64,000 bases of DNA from Peptococcaceae bacterium (GCA_012517475.1 JAAYUV010000077.1:3800-67799); one strand, 5' to 3'. Counted from the stretch's first letter, positions 1 through 9,656 are shown. Notes: generated by a model from the letters alone, not told the origin. Numbers and translations are program-made.

Positions 1-92
1 GTTACTTCTTCACCCATGAGATAGGGGATTTATTCTACTTTTCTTTTTTTGCTTTTTTTGGATTTTACTTTATAGGAAAGCTGTCACTTGAG

Positions 93-296
93 ATGCCTGA
101 TGAGCGGTATAAGGCAAATGCCCAAAAAGCAATATCGAAGGCCGCATTTATTCCGGCGATTGCCTTATTTATTATCGGCTTCAGCGGTACGTTTCCTTTT
201 GGAACAAAAGAATTGATGGTAACCCTCAGTGCGCTTGGCTGGGCCGCGTTTCTCATCACCTATGCCATCCTTTTTTATTATTATGAAAAACTTTGA
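93..296 (+). CDS. small hypothetical membrane protein, upstream partner of the XRE regulator
   Basis: 67-aa ORF with two hydrophobic helices (FIPAIALFIIGFSG; LGWAAFLITYAILFYYY). It ends 12 nt before the HTH gene. Confidence 0.4.
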   Translation: MPDERYKANAQKAISKAAFIPAIALFIIGFSGTFPFGTKELMVTLSALGWAAFLITYAILFYYYEKL

Positions 297-308
297 CGAT
301 CATAGGAG

Positions 309-518
309 ATGGATATGGGCGAATTTATATCGAATCTGAGAAAATACCGCCAGCTTGCTGAACTGACACAGGAAGAGTTGGCTGAAAGGGTTGGTGTCCG
401 CCGCGAAACCATTGTGCGGCTGGAAGCAGAGAAATACAACCCGTCATTGAAGTTGGCCATTGATATTTCCAGAGCGGTAAAGGCTCCGATTGAAGATATT
501 TTTGAATTTCCTGATTAA
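309..518 (+). CDS. XRE-family helix-turn-helix transcriptional regulator
   Basis: 69 aa with a canonical HTH_3 pattern: LTQEELAERVGVRRETIVRLEAEKYNPSLKLAIDISRA. Confidence 0.85.
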   Translation: MDMGEFISNLRKYRQLAELTQEELAERVGVRRETIVRLEAEKYNPSLKLAIDISRAVKAPIEDIFEFPD

Positions 519-573
519 TTTTGGAGTAAATTAACTCGCGAGTTGGTCTGCGTGCCATAATTCCGCTTTCGTC

Positions 574-593
574 TGTTGCGCCATCCGTGGCGC
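574..593. terminator. hairpin between convergent genes (possible bidirectional terminator)
   Basis: TTGCGCCA-tccg-TGGCGCAA, a perfect 8-bp stem followed by TTTG on the + strand. Confidence 0.35.
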
Positions 594-612
594 AATTTGA
601 AAAACATTCGTT

Positions 613-2268
613 CTACTTTAACAGTTGCTCTAAATTCACAAAAACGTCTTGGGAGACTGCCCCCAGTCCGCCTAAAGTGACTATTTTCTTTGAGGATAGT
701 GTACTTAAATATTGCGTGTTTACTTCAGCCGGAATGCTGTTGGAACGAACTAAAATGATTGGAGATGAAGTCGATCCTGCAAAGATTGAACCGGCAAGAG
801 CATCCGGGAAATTGACGCCTGTCGCGACAAACAGGTTGTCGCTGGAATCACCGAAGATTTCTTTTGCTATTTTTCAGCCAGTTCATTTTCAATATTGCCG
901 CTAATTACGCCTTCTCCGCCCACAATCGTAATTTTAGTCGGTTCCAGATCTTTCAAATATTCAAGCGTCGTATCGGGGATATCGGTTTGTTTAACCAGAA
1001 CCATGGGTATGCTCTCTGCAGCCGCATAGGGAGAAATAGAAAGTGAATCGGGGAAGTTTTTTCCCGTGGCGATGATAACCTCGCCGCCATGCTGGGGTTG
1101 AACTTTTTTGGCTATTTCCGCGGCTGTGGAATATCTGTCTTCTCCGGCTAACCGTTTTACGGAATAAGCGCCCTGAAGATTCTTCAGGACAGTTTCAAAA
1201 TTCGCCGGAATGACGCCCGTGCCGCCTAAAATATAAATATTCCCCCCGGGTTTCAAAACCCTTTGTATTTCATCAAGCGTGGTTTTATTATCAGATTTAG
1301 GATCAACCAGTAATAGCGGAGCATTATTCAAAACACCCATGCTAGCCCCGGCGAAGGCGTCCGGGAAGTTATTGCTTGTGGCTAAAATAACGGAATCGGC
1401 GCTCTGTGCAAGCGGCAGCATCTTTTTGGATATGGCGACAGCGGTTTCAATCCGGTTATCTCCCGCTAGCCTGGTATCATCCGGGATTAAAGAGTCGACA
1501 ACGAGACCCGGTAATGATCTGTAATCTCCTGTTCCATCCCCAAGCATTCCGTTATTCAATCTTCTTCAAGTCGGTTAGACCTTCAACTTGTGTTGGAATG
1601 TTTTTATCGGTAGTCGTACCGTCCCCCAGCTGCCCGCAAATATTTTCTCCCCAAGCCCAGGCCGTTCCGTCGTTTTTTATAGCAGCAGAATAATACAGAC
1701 CGCCTGAAATATCCGAAACATCGGATAAAGAGGGAATAACAGTCGGCGTTGGGACACAATTGCCTCCGGTATCATATCCAAGCATTCCGGAAGAATTGGT
1801 TCCCCAGCTTAAAACAGTTCCATCATCTTTGATCGCCAGGACATGGCTTTGACCTGCTGAGAGGCTGGTAATTCCCGAGAGCCCCTCAATTTTAGCAGGA
1901 AGAAAACGATTATTCGTTGTTCCGTCACCCAGTTGCCCTTCGGAGTTATTGCCCCAGGTCCAGACATTGCCCTCCTGATCAATGGCAAAAGAAGACATCC
2001 CTCCTGCGGCAATTTGAGTAATAAACGGAAGGCCTTTGGCCATAACCCGATAAGGCCTGGTTTTTGTTGTTCCGTCTCCAATTTGTCCGTATTGATTGTA
2101 TCCCCAGCCCCAAACATTTCCGTCTGAGTCAAGCGCTAAAGTATTCTGACCGCCTCCTGCAACAACAATAAATTTGGTTTCATTCGCTAAGACAGGTGGT
2201 GAAAAAATAAGAAAACAAAGCATGATAAAAGATAATAATAAAGCTGTTGTTTTTTTCAATTTTTGCAC
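613..2268 (-). pseudogene. secreted RCC1-repeat protein with C-terminal CWB2 cell-wall-binding repeats, split over three reading frames
   Basis: 1552..2268 has a signal peptide (MQKLKKTTALLLSFIMLCFLIFSPPVLA) and RCC1-type WGxNxxGQLGDGTT repeats. 867..1559 has two CWB2 repeats (NFPDAFAGAS, NFPDSLSISP). I read a third CWB2 repeat (AKEIFGDSSDNLFVATGVNFPDALAGS...LEQLLK, stop at 613-615) in another frame at 613..866. Confidence 0.65.
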
Positions 2269-2394
2269 TCCTTAATATGTTGATAAAGGGGTTGACATTG
2301 GCCATGTTTTGGTTCCAACTCCAAATAGTTTTTCGGACGGAGGTTCTGAAAAGGACCCCGTCACGGAAAACTATTTTTTATCATTACTTATTTG

Positions 2395-2916
2395 TTATTC
2401 ATAAGTAACCTGAAGGGTACCCGGATCAATTATAACCAGTTCCAGATTCTTAGCCCTGGCCCGGTTCACGGTAGCCATCGTCCCTCCAAACTTGCCGTCA
2501 AAAACGGCGATCAACCTTTGAGACCTGTCAACAAGATAGCGGTTGCGTTCCAGATAACAATGCTTATGATAATTCCTGCTGACATAAGTTTCCAGGTCGT
2601 ACTTGGCAAGTAGCCCGAAGTACCTGTCCCGGTCTTCTTCCTGCCAGTGATCGGCCTGGGTCTCGCAAGCCAGGGCAGCTTCCAGGGTAATCTCCGGATA
2701 CCGTTTCCGTAAAGCGATCACCGCTTCCGCAAAATAAGTGTCCGATCCCAAAGCGAAGCCGCTGATAAAGTGGGTATACCCGTTCTTTATCGCGGCTTCT
2801 GTTTCTATGTAAATTAATACTTTCAAATGCACGCAGGCGAGACTTTTTTCGTCATTCTTGAAAGGGAGCTTGGAAGGGCGGTAGCCGGAGAAACCGCAGG
2901 TTTTGGTTATAGTCAT
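2395..2916 (-). CDS. SLOG-fold DUF1273 / YpsA-like protein
   Basis: 173 aa. CGFSGYRPSKLPF..., THFISGFALGSDTYFAE and RNRYLVDRSQRLIAVFDG resemble the YpsA/DUF1273 family. Confidence 0.6.
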   Translation of the reverse strand: MTITKTCGFSGYRPSKLPFKNDEKSLACVHLKVLIYIETEAAIKNGYTHFISGFALGSDTYFAEAVIALRKRYPEITLEAALACETQADHWQEEDRDRYFGLLAKYDLETYVSRNYHKHCYLERNRYLVDRSQRLIAVFDGKFGGTMATVNRARAKNLELVIIDPGTLQVTYE

Positions 2917-3095
2917 TTAAGCACCCCATTTGATATAACTCCTAAAGGAGATTAATTACTTCTGAGGTAATTATATCACTTCTATTACTCCTATGCTATA
3001 TTAATTTACTCTTATGGTTATATTAATTAAGGAATATATTATTTTATAACGCTTGTTGATACAATCAAGCCAAAAGACAATGGAGTGTGTTCCAT

Positions 3096-3311
3096 ATGGT
3101 TAGAATCAAGTTGTCCGAGTTGCTTGGAAAACATAAAATGAATCAAAAGACGTTATCGACGCTTACCGGAATCAGACCAGCAACGTTATCCAAGATGTAT
3201 TATGAAGAGACCAAGAGGATAGAAATAGATCAGATCAATAAAATATGTGCTGTGTTTAAATGCAAAATCGAGGATTTGATTGAGTACGTTCCAGATAATA
3301 ACGGGATATAA
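3096..3311 (+). CDS. XRE/Cro-type helix-turn-helix regulator
   Basis: MVRIKLSELLGKHKMNQKTLSTLTGIRPATLSKMY... HTH. GGAG lies 11 nt upstream of the ATG at 3096; the ORF track starts at a GTG at 3087. Confidence 0.8.
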   Translation: MVRIKLSELLGKHKMNQKTLSTLTGIRPATLSKMYYEETKRIEIDQINKICAVFKCKIEDLIEYVPDNNGI

Positions 3312-3501
3312 ATTTTTCAACCGCCATTTTATCATGAATGGCGGTTGATAGTTTTGAAGAGATTTTAATATAATCTGCCTGTTATGAGGTGACCTAACTC
3401 TCGTGATTGTTCGTATCTATTGCTATATATATATATATAAGAAATATTGCTAGAAAAATATGGATGAAATATAATAAATTTAGCTTACCGGATGGGGTGA
3501 T

Positions 3502-3729
3502 ATGATGAAATCGAAAATTGTTGCCTATATTGAAAAAGATAACGAATCCAGCATGTATGTTGCAATTGTCCCTGGAATTCCCGGAGCCCATACACAAGCA
3601 GAAACTTTGGATATATTACAGGAAAAATTAAAAGAAGTCGTGGAATTATGTTTGGAAGAGATGGATCCGGAAGAAAGAAAATCATTACCGGATTTTGTGG
3701 GGATACAACAAATTTTGGTGGCGGTATGA
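3502..3729 (+). CDS. hicB: HicB-family (UPF0150) type II antitoxin
   Basis: 75 aa. YIEKDNESSMYVAIVPGIPGAHTQAETLDILQEKLKEVVELCLE is typical of the HicB N-terminal domain. Confidence 0.7.
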   Translation: MMKSKIVAYIEKDNESSMYVAIVPGIPGAHTQAETLDILQEKLKEVVELCLEEMDPEERKSLPDFVGIQQILVAV

Positions 3730-3825
3730 CCACTGATCAGACAAATACTGAATGAAAATAACATATCGATTGAGGAGTATAAAAACTTGTTGAACGATTT
3801 ATATACCTTCAATGCAGAAAGATAA
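3730..3825 (+). pseudogene. possible C-terminal remnant of a HicA-type toxin
   Basis: The frame after the hicB stop reads PLIRQILNENNISIEEYKNLLNDLYTFNAER*. It resembles the GTLxxILKQAGISxEEFxxLL tail of HicA toxins. No start codon or N-terminal part is present. Confidence 0.35.
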
Positions 3826-3829
3826 ATCC

Positions 3830-3857
3830 AAACCGCAGAAAGGCGGTTTTATTTTTT
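3830..3857 (+). terminator. rho-independent terminator
   Basis: AAACCGC-agaaag-GCGGTTT hairpin followed by TATTTTTT. Confidence 0.6.
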
Positions 3858-4038
3858 GTCACATTTCTATTGTTTTTCTTTACCATCAGACAGGAACTAC
3901 AAAAAACAAAGAGAATAATAACAAAAATAGGGAATTTAAACAAATATTGAAGCAAAACTTAATTAATTTTTTAAATGATTAATTCGGATATGGATATGAG
4001 GAAACAAGACTAAAACAGATTGACTTTAGGTGAACATT

Positions 4039-5214
4039 ATGAACAAAAGTCAACGTCAAAAACAATTAGTCAAACTCATAGCTACCTCTCCTTGGGTATA
4101 TACCGTTGAAAGACTGGCCGGCAAACTGAACGCAAGTACTCAAAGTATCTATCGGGACCTCAACGAGCTGGAAGCTAACAGTTATCAATTTAAAAAGGAT
4201 GAAGCAGGCCGGATTTATCTTCTGGAAGCCGGTTGGGATACTCTTGGCCTTATAAAAGAATCCACAATCCGACAGGTTGAAATCCTGCGTTTTATTGCCG
4301 CTTCCAAAAACGGATTGCGTATTCGAGACATTGAAAAACACTTTCATTTACATAATGAGAGTAGTGAAAAGACCATTGAACGCGATTTAAAAGAACTTGG
4401 CCAAAAGCATCTCATCACCTGTCAAAATGGGGTTTACACCTTGCTGTCAAACCAGCTTTTACCTCCCGTTCACTTAGACGCGACTGAGAAAAACCTATTA
4501 ATTGAAGCCTTAGCTCTTCAGGGGGAGTTATCCCCCCGTAAGGACGAAGCAAAATCTATTTTAGCCAAATTGCAGGTTTCTTTAGAAACACCATCAACTC
4601 AAAACGAAACTGTTATTTTGCATGGCAGAAGACCTGTAGATAATTTGCGACGGAATAATTATTGTTTGTGCTTGGAGAAATACGCTCAAAGTAGGGAAAA
4701 AATATCGATTCTTTACCGCCGAGGAGTGGAACCGGCCTTGGAAATTTCGGTAAATCCTCTAGGACTTGTTTACTACTGGGCACTCGATAACTGGTATTTG
4801 GTTGCCCAGGATCAAAACTTCCTGCAAATCAAAACTTATTTGTTGGATCGAATTCTATTAATTGAGCCAAAAGGAGTAACCTTCTCCCTGCCGGAGGGAT
4901 TTCACATGAAAAAATGGTTTAAATTCTCTTGGGGAATCTTCCGCACCGGGGAACCGGTAAAAGTAGTAATCCGTTTTTATCCTTATTACTCCACAATCCA
5001 AAGAGTTAAGGAAGAATTAAAAAATCGGGAAACCTGCTTCTTTAGCGAAGAAAATGGTGACTTAATTGTTGAGGATCTGGTCGATGGATTAGATGAGATC
5101 GCCGTATGGCTTAGAGGTTTTGGACCAGGCGCTGAAGTCATTGCGCCTTTAGAACTTAGGGAAAAAGTTCAATTTGAGTTAGAAAAAATGCTTGAGATCT
5201 ATGGAGGACATTAA
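4039..5214 (+). CDS. WYL-domain transcriptional regulator (two N-terminal wHTH, WYL, C-terminal extension)
   Basis: HTH: TVERLAGKLNASTQSIYRDLNELE. WYL core: NPLGLVYYWALDNWYLVAQD. C-terminal WCX-like block: EIAVWLRGFGPGAEVIAPLELRE. AGGTGA SD lies before the ATG at 4039. Confidence 0.8.
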   Translation: MNKSQRQKQLVKLIATSPWVYTVERLAGKLNASTQSIYRDLNELEANSYQFKKDEAGRIYLLEAGWDTLGLIKESTIRQVEILRFIAASKNGLRIRDIEKHFHLHNESSEKTIERDLKELGQKHLITCQNGVYTLLSNQLLPPVHLDATEKNLLIEALALQGELSPRKDEAKSILAKLQVSLETPSTQNETVILHGRRPVDNLRRNNYCLCLEKYAQSREKISILYRRGVEPALEISVNPLGLVYYWALDNWYLVAQDQNFLQIKTYLLDRILLIEPKGVTFSLPEGFHMKKWFKFSWGIFRTGEPVKVVIRFYPYYSTIQRVKEELKNRETCFFSEENGDLIVEDLVDGLDEIAVWLRGFGPGAEVIAPLELREKVQFELEKMLEIYGGH

Positions 5215-5216
5215 GA

Positions 5217-6182
5217 ATGGATTCCTTAGCCAGAATGACACAGATTTTGGCCTTACTTGAAGCAAACCCTCAAGGTATAAGCGGTGAAAAACTTGCCCAG
5301 GCTTGTAATATTTCTTGGGCACAGTTGCAAAAAGATTTAGAAACGATGACGCTGGCTACGGAAAACCCCATACCCCTGTATACCGATACTGATGAATTGA
5401 GTAGTGATAGTGACCCGGAGCTTACTCCCCAGAGTAAATGGTTTTTAGAAACATCTTGCAAGAGAAATTGTCCGGTCTTTTTAACGGTTGGGGAAACACT
5501 ACAAATCTTAGACGGGTTGGATCTAATTCAACATTATCAAAAGAAAACGAATTCTTTAAGGCAAAAAATATCCGCTGGCCTTGATTTGAACCAGCAAGAA
5601 AGTTTTCGATACATCAAAGGAACTATGACCCCGGTTGAACGCATGGATGAGGAAATACTGCGAATTATTAGCCTAGCAATTCGCTGCAGGAAAAAAATAA
5701 GGTTTAATTTCAATTCCCGAGTTACCATTGCTGCACCATTAGGGGTAGTCTATTACTCCCGTTTGCGGCAATGGTATTTTGTTGCCCAAATTGATCAGAT
5801 GATAAAGACCTATAATTTTTCCAAAATTGAAAACATGCTGCAAACAACCGATTCTTTCACCTATCCTGAAAGCTTTTCCCTGCAGGAATGGCTGGCTCCC
5901 CGCTGGGGGATGGAATTTGGAGAGAGCATGCATGTGAAAGTGAGATTTCTGAACCGTTCCCAGACGTTTGCTAAAGTTCGTAAAGATGTCGCACACCGTC
6001 GATGTCATTTGACTGAAGGAGACGGGGGAAAAATATTAATCTTTGAAGACGACGTTATTGGAAAAAACGAATTTATCGCCTGGATTCTCGGTTTTGGTTC
6101 CGCGGCCGAAGTATTGGAACCCGTTAAGCTTCGCCAGGAGATTTTGGCAAGAATAAAGACTGCCTTGGCAAGATATAGTTAA
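5217..6182 (+). CDS. second WYL-domain regulator (PafC-like partner)
   Basis: It starts 2 nt after the previous stop. WYL core: APLGVVYYSRLRQWYFVAQ. C-terminal block: FIAWILGFGSAAEVLEPVKLRQ. Confidence 0.8.
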   Translation: MDSLARMTQILALLEANPQGISGEKLAQACNISWAQLQKDLETMTLATENPIPLYTDTDELSSDSDPELTPQSKWFLETSCKRNCPVFLTVGETLQILDGLDLIQHYQKKTNSLRQKISAGLDLNQQESFRYIKGTMTPVERMDEEILRIISLAIRCRKKIRFNFNSRVTIAAPLGVVYYSRLRQWYFVAQIDQMIKTYNFSKIENMLQTTDSFTYPESFSLQEWLAPRWGMEFGESMHVKVRFLNRSQTFAKVRKDVAHRRCHLTEGDGGKILIFEDDVIGKNEFIAWILGFGSAAEVLEPVKLRQEILARIKTALARYS

Positions 6183-6265
6183 GACTTCTCAACTTTTTGT
6201 CACTCCCTTTTGCTACACTAATTCTGTAAGCGGCGAAAATAGATGGATGAAAAGGAGAAAAGAGT

Positions 6266-8245
6266 ATGGTTATGCAAGCCAGATATCTTACAAAATCCCG
6301 TTTCAAGCAGGCAAGAGAATGTCCGACAAAACTTTATTATACAGGAAAATCTGAATACGCCAATCAGAACATTGAAGATTCCTTTCTCTTAGCCTTAGCT
6401 GACGGTGGATTTCAAGTCGGCGAACTGGCCAAATATTATTTTCCCGGTGGCTATGAGATCAAAACCTTGGATTACGAAGAAGCTTTATCCGCAACAAGTG
6501 AATTATTAAAAAAAGACCATGTTGTGATTTTTGAAGCAGCTATCCGCTGGCAGAACCTGTTTATCCGCGCCGATATTCTGATCAAAAACAAAGATCAGCT
6601 GGAATTGGTGGAAGTTAAAGCAAAATCATTTGCTGAAGCGTGCGAAAATATTTTTTGGACCAAAAAAGGTACACTTTCTTCAGAGTGGCAGTCCTATCTG
6701 GAGGACGTAGCTTTCCAAAAATATGTTCTTAACCAGGCTTATCCGGAATATTCCGTTTCAGCCTATTTGATGATGGCAGATAAAAGCGCTAGATGTCCGA
6801 CAAACGGACTGAACCAGAAATTCAAGCTTACCAAAGACCAAGATGGAAGAAGGAGTGTCATTGTATCTCGGAATTTATCCGCTGAGGATCTTTCACCTTG
6901 GATTCTTGGTAAAGTTAATATTGATAATTGCTGTAGGTTTATTTACACCAGTATTTATGAATTTGACAACAGGCAATTAACTTTCTCTGAACTTGTGAAT
7001 ATTTTTGCTGATTACTATAACCGGGACACAAAAATAATACCTATCCTGTCTCTGAATTGTTCTACTTGTGAATTTCGGGCAACAGAGCCTGAATTGGCGG
7101 CAGGACTAAAGAGCGGCTACCATGAATGTTGGCAGGAAACCTTGGGTTGGACAGACCGGGATTTTGCGGAACCAACAGTCTTTGATATATGGAATTGCCG
7201 GAAAAAACAAACGTTTCTAAGTGAAGGCCGCCTCAAACTGACTGAAATTACAGAGCAAGATATCTCTCCAAGAAGCGATGATAAACCAGGGCTTTCGACC
7301 TCTGAACGCCAGTGGCTGCAGATCAAAAAGACCCAAACTAACGATTTGACTTGTTGGCTTGATCGAGCAAATTTATCCGCCGAAATGCAAAAATGGGTTT
7401 ATCCGTTGCATTTTATTGACTTTGAAACCGCAATGGCCGCTATTCCATTTTATAAAGGCAGACACCCTTATGAAGGGATTGCTTTTCAGTTTTCCCACCA
7501 TGTGGTTTACGCTGATGGCAGGATTGAACACCATGGTCAATATTTAAATACCCAACCAGGGGTCTTTCCAAATTATGATTTTATCAGAACCCTAAAGAAA
7601 GAATTGGAGCTGGATCAAGGAAGTATTTTCCGTTACGCCGCCCATGAAAATACTTATCTAAATCTTATCTACCAGCAGCTAACGGAAGACCCAACTCCAA
7701 TTGTAGATAGGGAAGAACTCTGCGGATTTATCCGCACCGTCACGCAGGCAGTAAAAGGCAATAGCCTACAATGGACCGGTCACCGCAATATGATCGATAT
7801 GTTGGAGCTTGTCAAACGATTCTATTATGATCCGGTCACGAAAGGCTCTAACTCTATTAAACATGTATTACCAGCAATTCTTAATCGCTCAGGTTTCCTT
7901 CAGGAAAAATATTCCCAACCTATCTATGGCGCAGCAGGAGGCATCCCAAGCTTGAACTATCAGAATTGGACCTGGATCGCGTATGAAGACGGCAAGGTTA
8001 TTGACCCCTATAAGCTTTTGCCGGTGATGTTCCAGGATGTGTCCCAAAAGGATTTCACACTTTTAAGCGATAGCGATGAACTAAGAGACGGAGGGGCAGC
8101 CCTGACCGCCTACGCCCGGTTGCAATTCGAAGAAATGTCGGAATACGAGCGTTCAGAAATTGAAAAGGCCCTGCTGAAATATTGTGAACTGGATACCTTG
8201 GCCATGGTCATGATTTATGAAGGGTGGAAGGTTTTAATAGGATAA
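6266..8245 (+). CDS. DUF2779-family protein: Cas4/RecB-like PD-(D/E)xK nuclease fused to a DnaQ-like (FDFE-motif) domain
   Basis: N-terminus: LTKSRFKQARECPTKLYY. Nuclease core: IRADILIK...LELVEVKAKS. Cys cluster: C19, CSTC and HEC. HFIDFETAMAAIPF matches the conserved FDFE motif of DUF2779. Confidence 0.65.
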   Translation: MVMQARYLTKSRFKQARECPTKLYYTGKSEYANQNIEDSFLLALADGGFQVGELAKYYFPGGYEIKTLDYEEALSATSELLKKDHVVIFEAAIRWQNLFIRADILIKNKDQLELVEVKAKSFAEACENIFWTKKGTLSSEWQSYLEDVAFQKYVLNQAYPEYSVSAYLMMADKSARCPTNGLNQKFKLTKDQDGRRSVIVSRNLSAEDLSPWILGKVNIDNCCRFIYTSIYEFDNRQLTFSELVNIFADYYNRDTKIIPILSLNCSTCEFRATEPELAAGLKSGYHECWQETLGWTDRDFAEPTVFDIWNCRKKQTFLSEGRLKLTEITEQDISPRSDDKPGLSTSERQWLQIKKTQTNDLTCWLDRANLSAEMQKWVYPLHFIDFETAMAAIPFYKGRHPYEGIAFQFSHHVVYADGRIEHHGQYLNTQPGVFPNYDFIRTLKKELELDQGSIFRYAAHENTYLNLIYQQLTEDPTPIVDREELCGFIRTVTQAVKGNSLQWTGHRNMIDMLELVKRFYYDPVTKGSNSIKHVLPAILNRSGFLQEKYSQPIYGAAGGIPSLNYQNWTWIAYEDGKVIDPYKLLPVMFQDVSQKDFTLLSDSDELRDGGAALTAYARLQFEEMSEYERSEIEKALLKYCELDTLAMVMIYEGWKVLIG

Positions 8246-8345
8246 TCATAAATGTCTATTTTAATAGATTGAGCCAATTGATAAAGCGTAAATTTACAAT
8301 AAAATTAGTTTAATTACGTTTATTATTATAGGAGAAGGAATAACA

Positions 8346-9656
8346 ATGGAAAATCTGACTAATCTTATTGAACAATTCCAACAAATATATAACAAGGATC
8401 AGTCCCAAAAAGCGCTGGAAGAACACCGTCAATTTCTTAACAAGTTCCCCTTGGAAAAACTAAAAACCATGACCGTAGAGGAATATGCCTTAGGCAAAAG
8501 CAAAACCGGTTCCTTCAGCTGGTGGTTGGAATACACGCTGACTCCCGGCAGCATCAAAGGGGGGAGTGCGGCCAAACATATTATCTACTACAGTAAAAAA
8601 GACGCCGCCTGGAAATATCCCAAAGAGTATAACTCGGTGGAGGATGCCTGGGAAAAACTGCGTTCTGACATTTTGGAATTAATCGCTTCCTATGACCAAC
8701 AACCGTTTAGCGGAATATCACCTAACAGTCTTCTTTACTCGGCCAATATGCTGAAAGGGAAAATCCTCTACCTTTATCATCCGGATAAATTCCTGCCAAT
8801 TTACAATCTGGAACATATCCATAAATTCTTACAAGCCTTGGATGTACCCAAAGAAAAATGGCAGGGCAAAGATAATGTGGAGTGTAACCAAGTATTAAAA
8901 AGCGCAGTTGCTTATATAGAAAGGCTTAAAGAATGGGATCCGGAATTAACTACCCGATTTCTTTATCATACTTTTAAACCGGACTATAAGTATTATAAAA
9001 TTGCTCCAGGCCAGGATGGTGTGTACTGGGAAGAGTGTCAAACCGGTGGCTACATATCCATCGGCTGGAATGAAGTCGGCGACTTGCGTCAATATCCCGA
9101 CTATGATGAGTTTAAAAATGCTTTCCTCCAATATAATTTTCAAAAAACAACAGCGAAAAACACGGAAAAAGCCAATGAATTATGGCTCTTCTATAATTTA
9201 AAACCCGGAGACAAAATCCTGGCGAACAAAGGGTCTTCCCTTATTCTGGGAATCGGTACCGTTTCCGACCAGGGCTATGACTACAGGGATGACTTGAGCA
9301 CGCAGAAACACGTGGTATATGTTACGTGGGAAAAAGTCTTTAATCCTCCTTTGGAAATTCCCAAGCAGGACTATTGGCCCTTCAAAACTATCTTAGAGAT
9401 CAGCGTCAAAGAATACCTGGTTTGGACAGACCCGGTAATGAATAGAACTAGCAAATCCATAATTACGACATATAGCAGTGAGGAAGAACGGTTCTTTTCT
9501 CGCCTAGAAACGGCCTTGGAACACAAGGGCCAGTGTATTCTCTATGGCCCCCCGGGAACCGGCAAAACCTTTTTAGCCCGCAGGTTTGTCCAGTGGAAAA
9601 ACGAGAAAGAAAACATTCTAGGCCAGACAGAAAAAAAGCCCTGCGTTTATGGCTGA
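8346..9656 (+). CDS. mcrB: McrB-family AAA+ GTPase, 5' part (N-terminal DNA-reader domains plus Walker A); the frame ends just after an A7 tract
   Basis: YYKIAPGQDGVYWEECQTGGYISIGWNEVGDL module. P-loop: ILYGPPGTGKTFLARRF. The stop comes 8 codons after the A AAA AAG tract at 9632-9638. Confidence 0.75.
   Translation: MENLTNLIEQFQQIYNKDQSQKALEEHRQFLNKFPLEKLKTMTVEEYALGKSKTGSFSWWLEYTLTPGSIKGGSAAKHIIYYSKKDAAWKYPKEYNSVEDAWEKLRSDILELIASYDQQPFSGISPNSLLYSANMLKGKILYLYHPDKFLPIYNLEHIHKFLQALDVPKEKWQGKDNVECNQVLKSAVAYIERLKEWDPELTTRFLYHTFKPDYKYYKIAPGQDGVYWEECQTGGYISIGWNEVGDLRQYPDYDEFKNAFLQYNFQKTTAKNTEKANELWLFYNLKPGDKILANKGSSLILGIGTVSDQGYDYRDDLSTQKHVVYVTWEKVFNPPLEIPKQDYWPFKTILEISVKEYLVWTDPVMNRTSKSIITTYSSEEERFFSRLETALEHKGQCILYGPPGTGKTFLARRFVQWKNEKENILGQTEKKPCVYG

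Noticed and set aside
587-1046. Plus-strand ORFs 587..904 and 864..1046.
   Set aside because: They are antisense to the CWB2 repeat coding sequence, which gives clear family motifs on the minus strand. They have no RBS and no recognisable motifs.
2300-2392. A long imperfect hairpin (AATAGTTTTTCGGACGG...CCGTCACGGAAAACTATT followed by TTTTTATC), considered as a plus-strand terminator or small RNA.
   Set aside because: No plus-strand gene or convincing promoter lies upstream (TTGACA at 2293 lacks a matching -10). It may simply be intergenic structure between two minus-strand genes.
3424-3439. A (TA)8 microsatellite upstream of hicB, considered as a phase-variable promoter spacer.
   Set aside because: I could not place convincing -35/-10 hexamers around it, so a regulatory role is unsupported. 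I record it only as a simple repeat.
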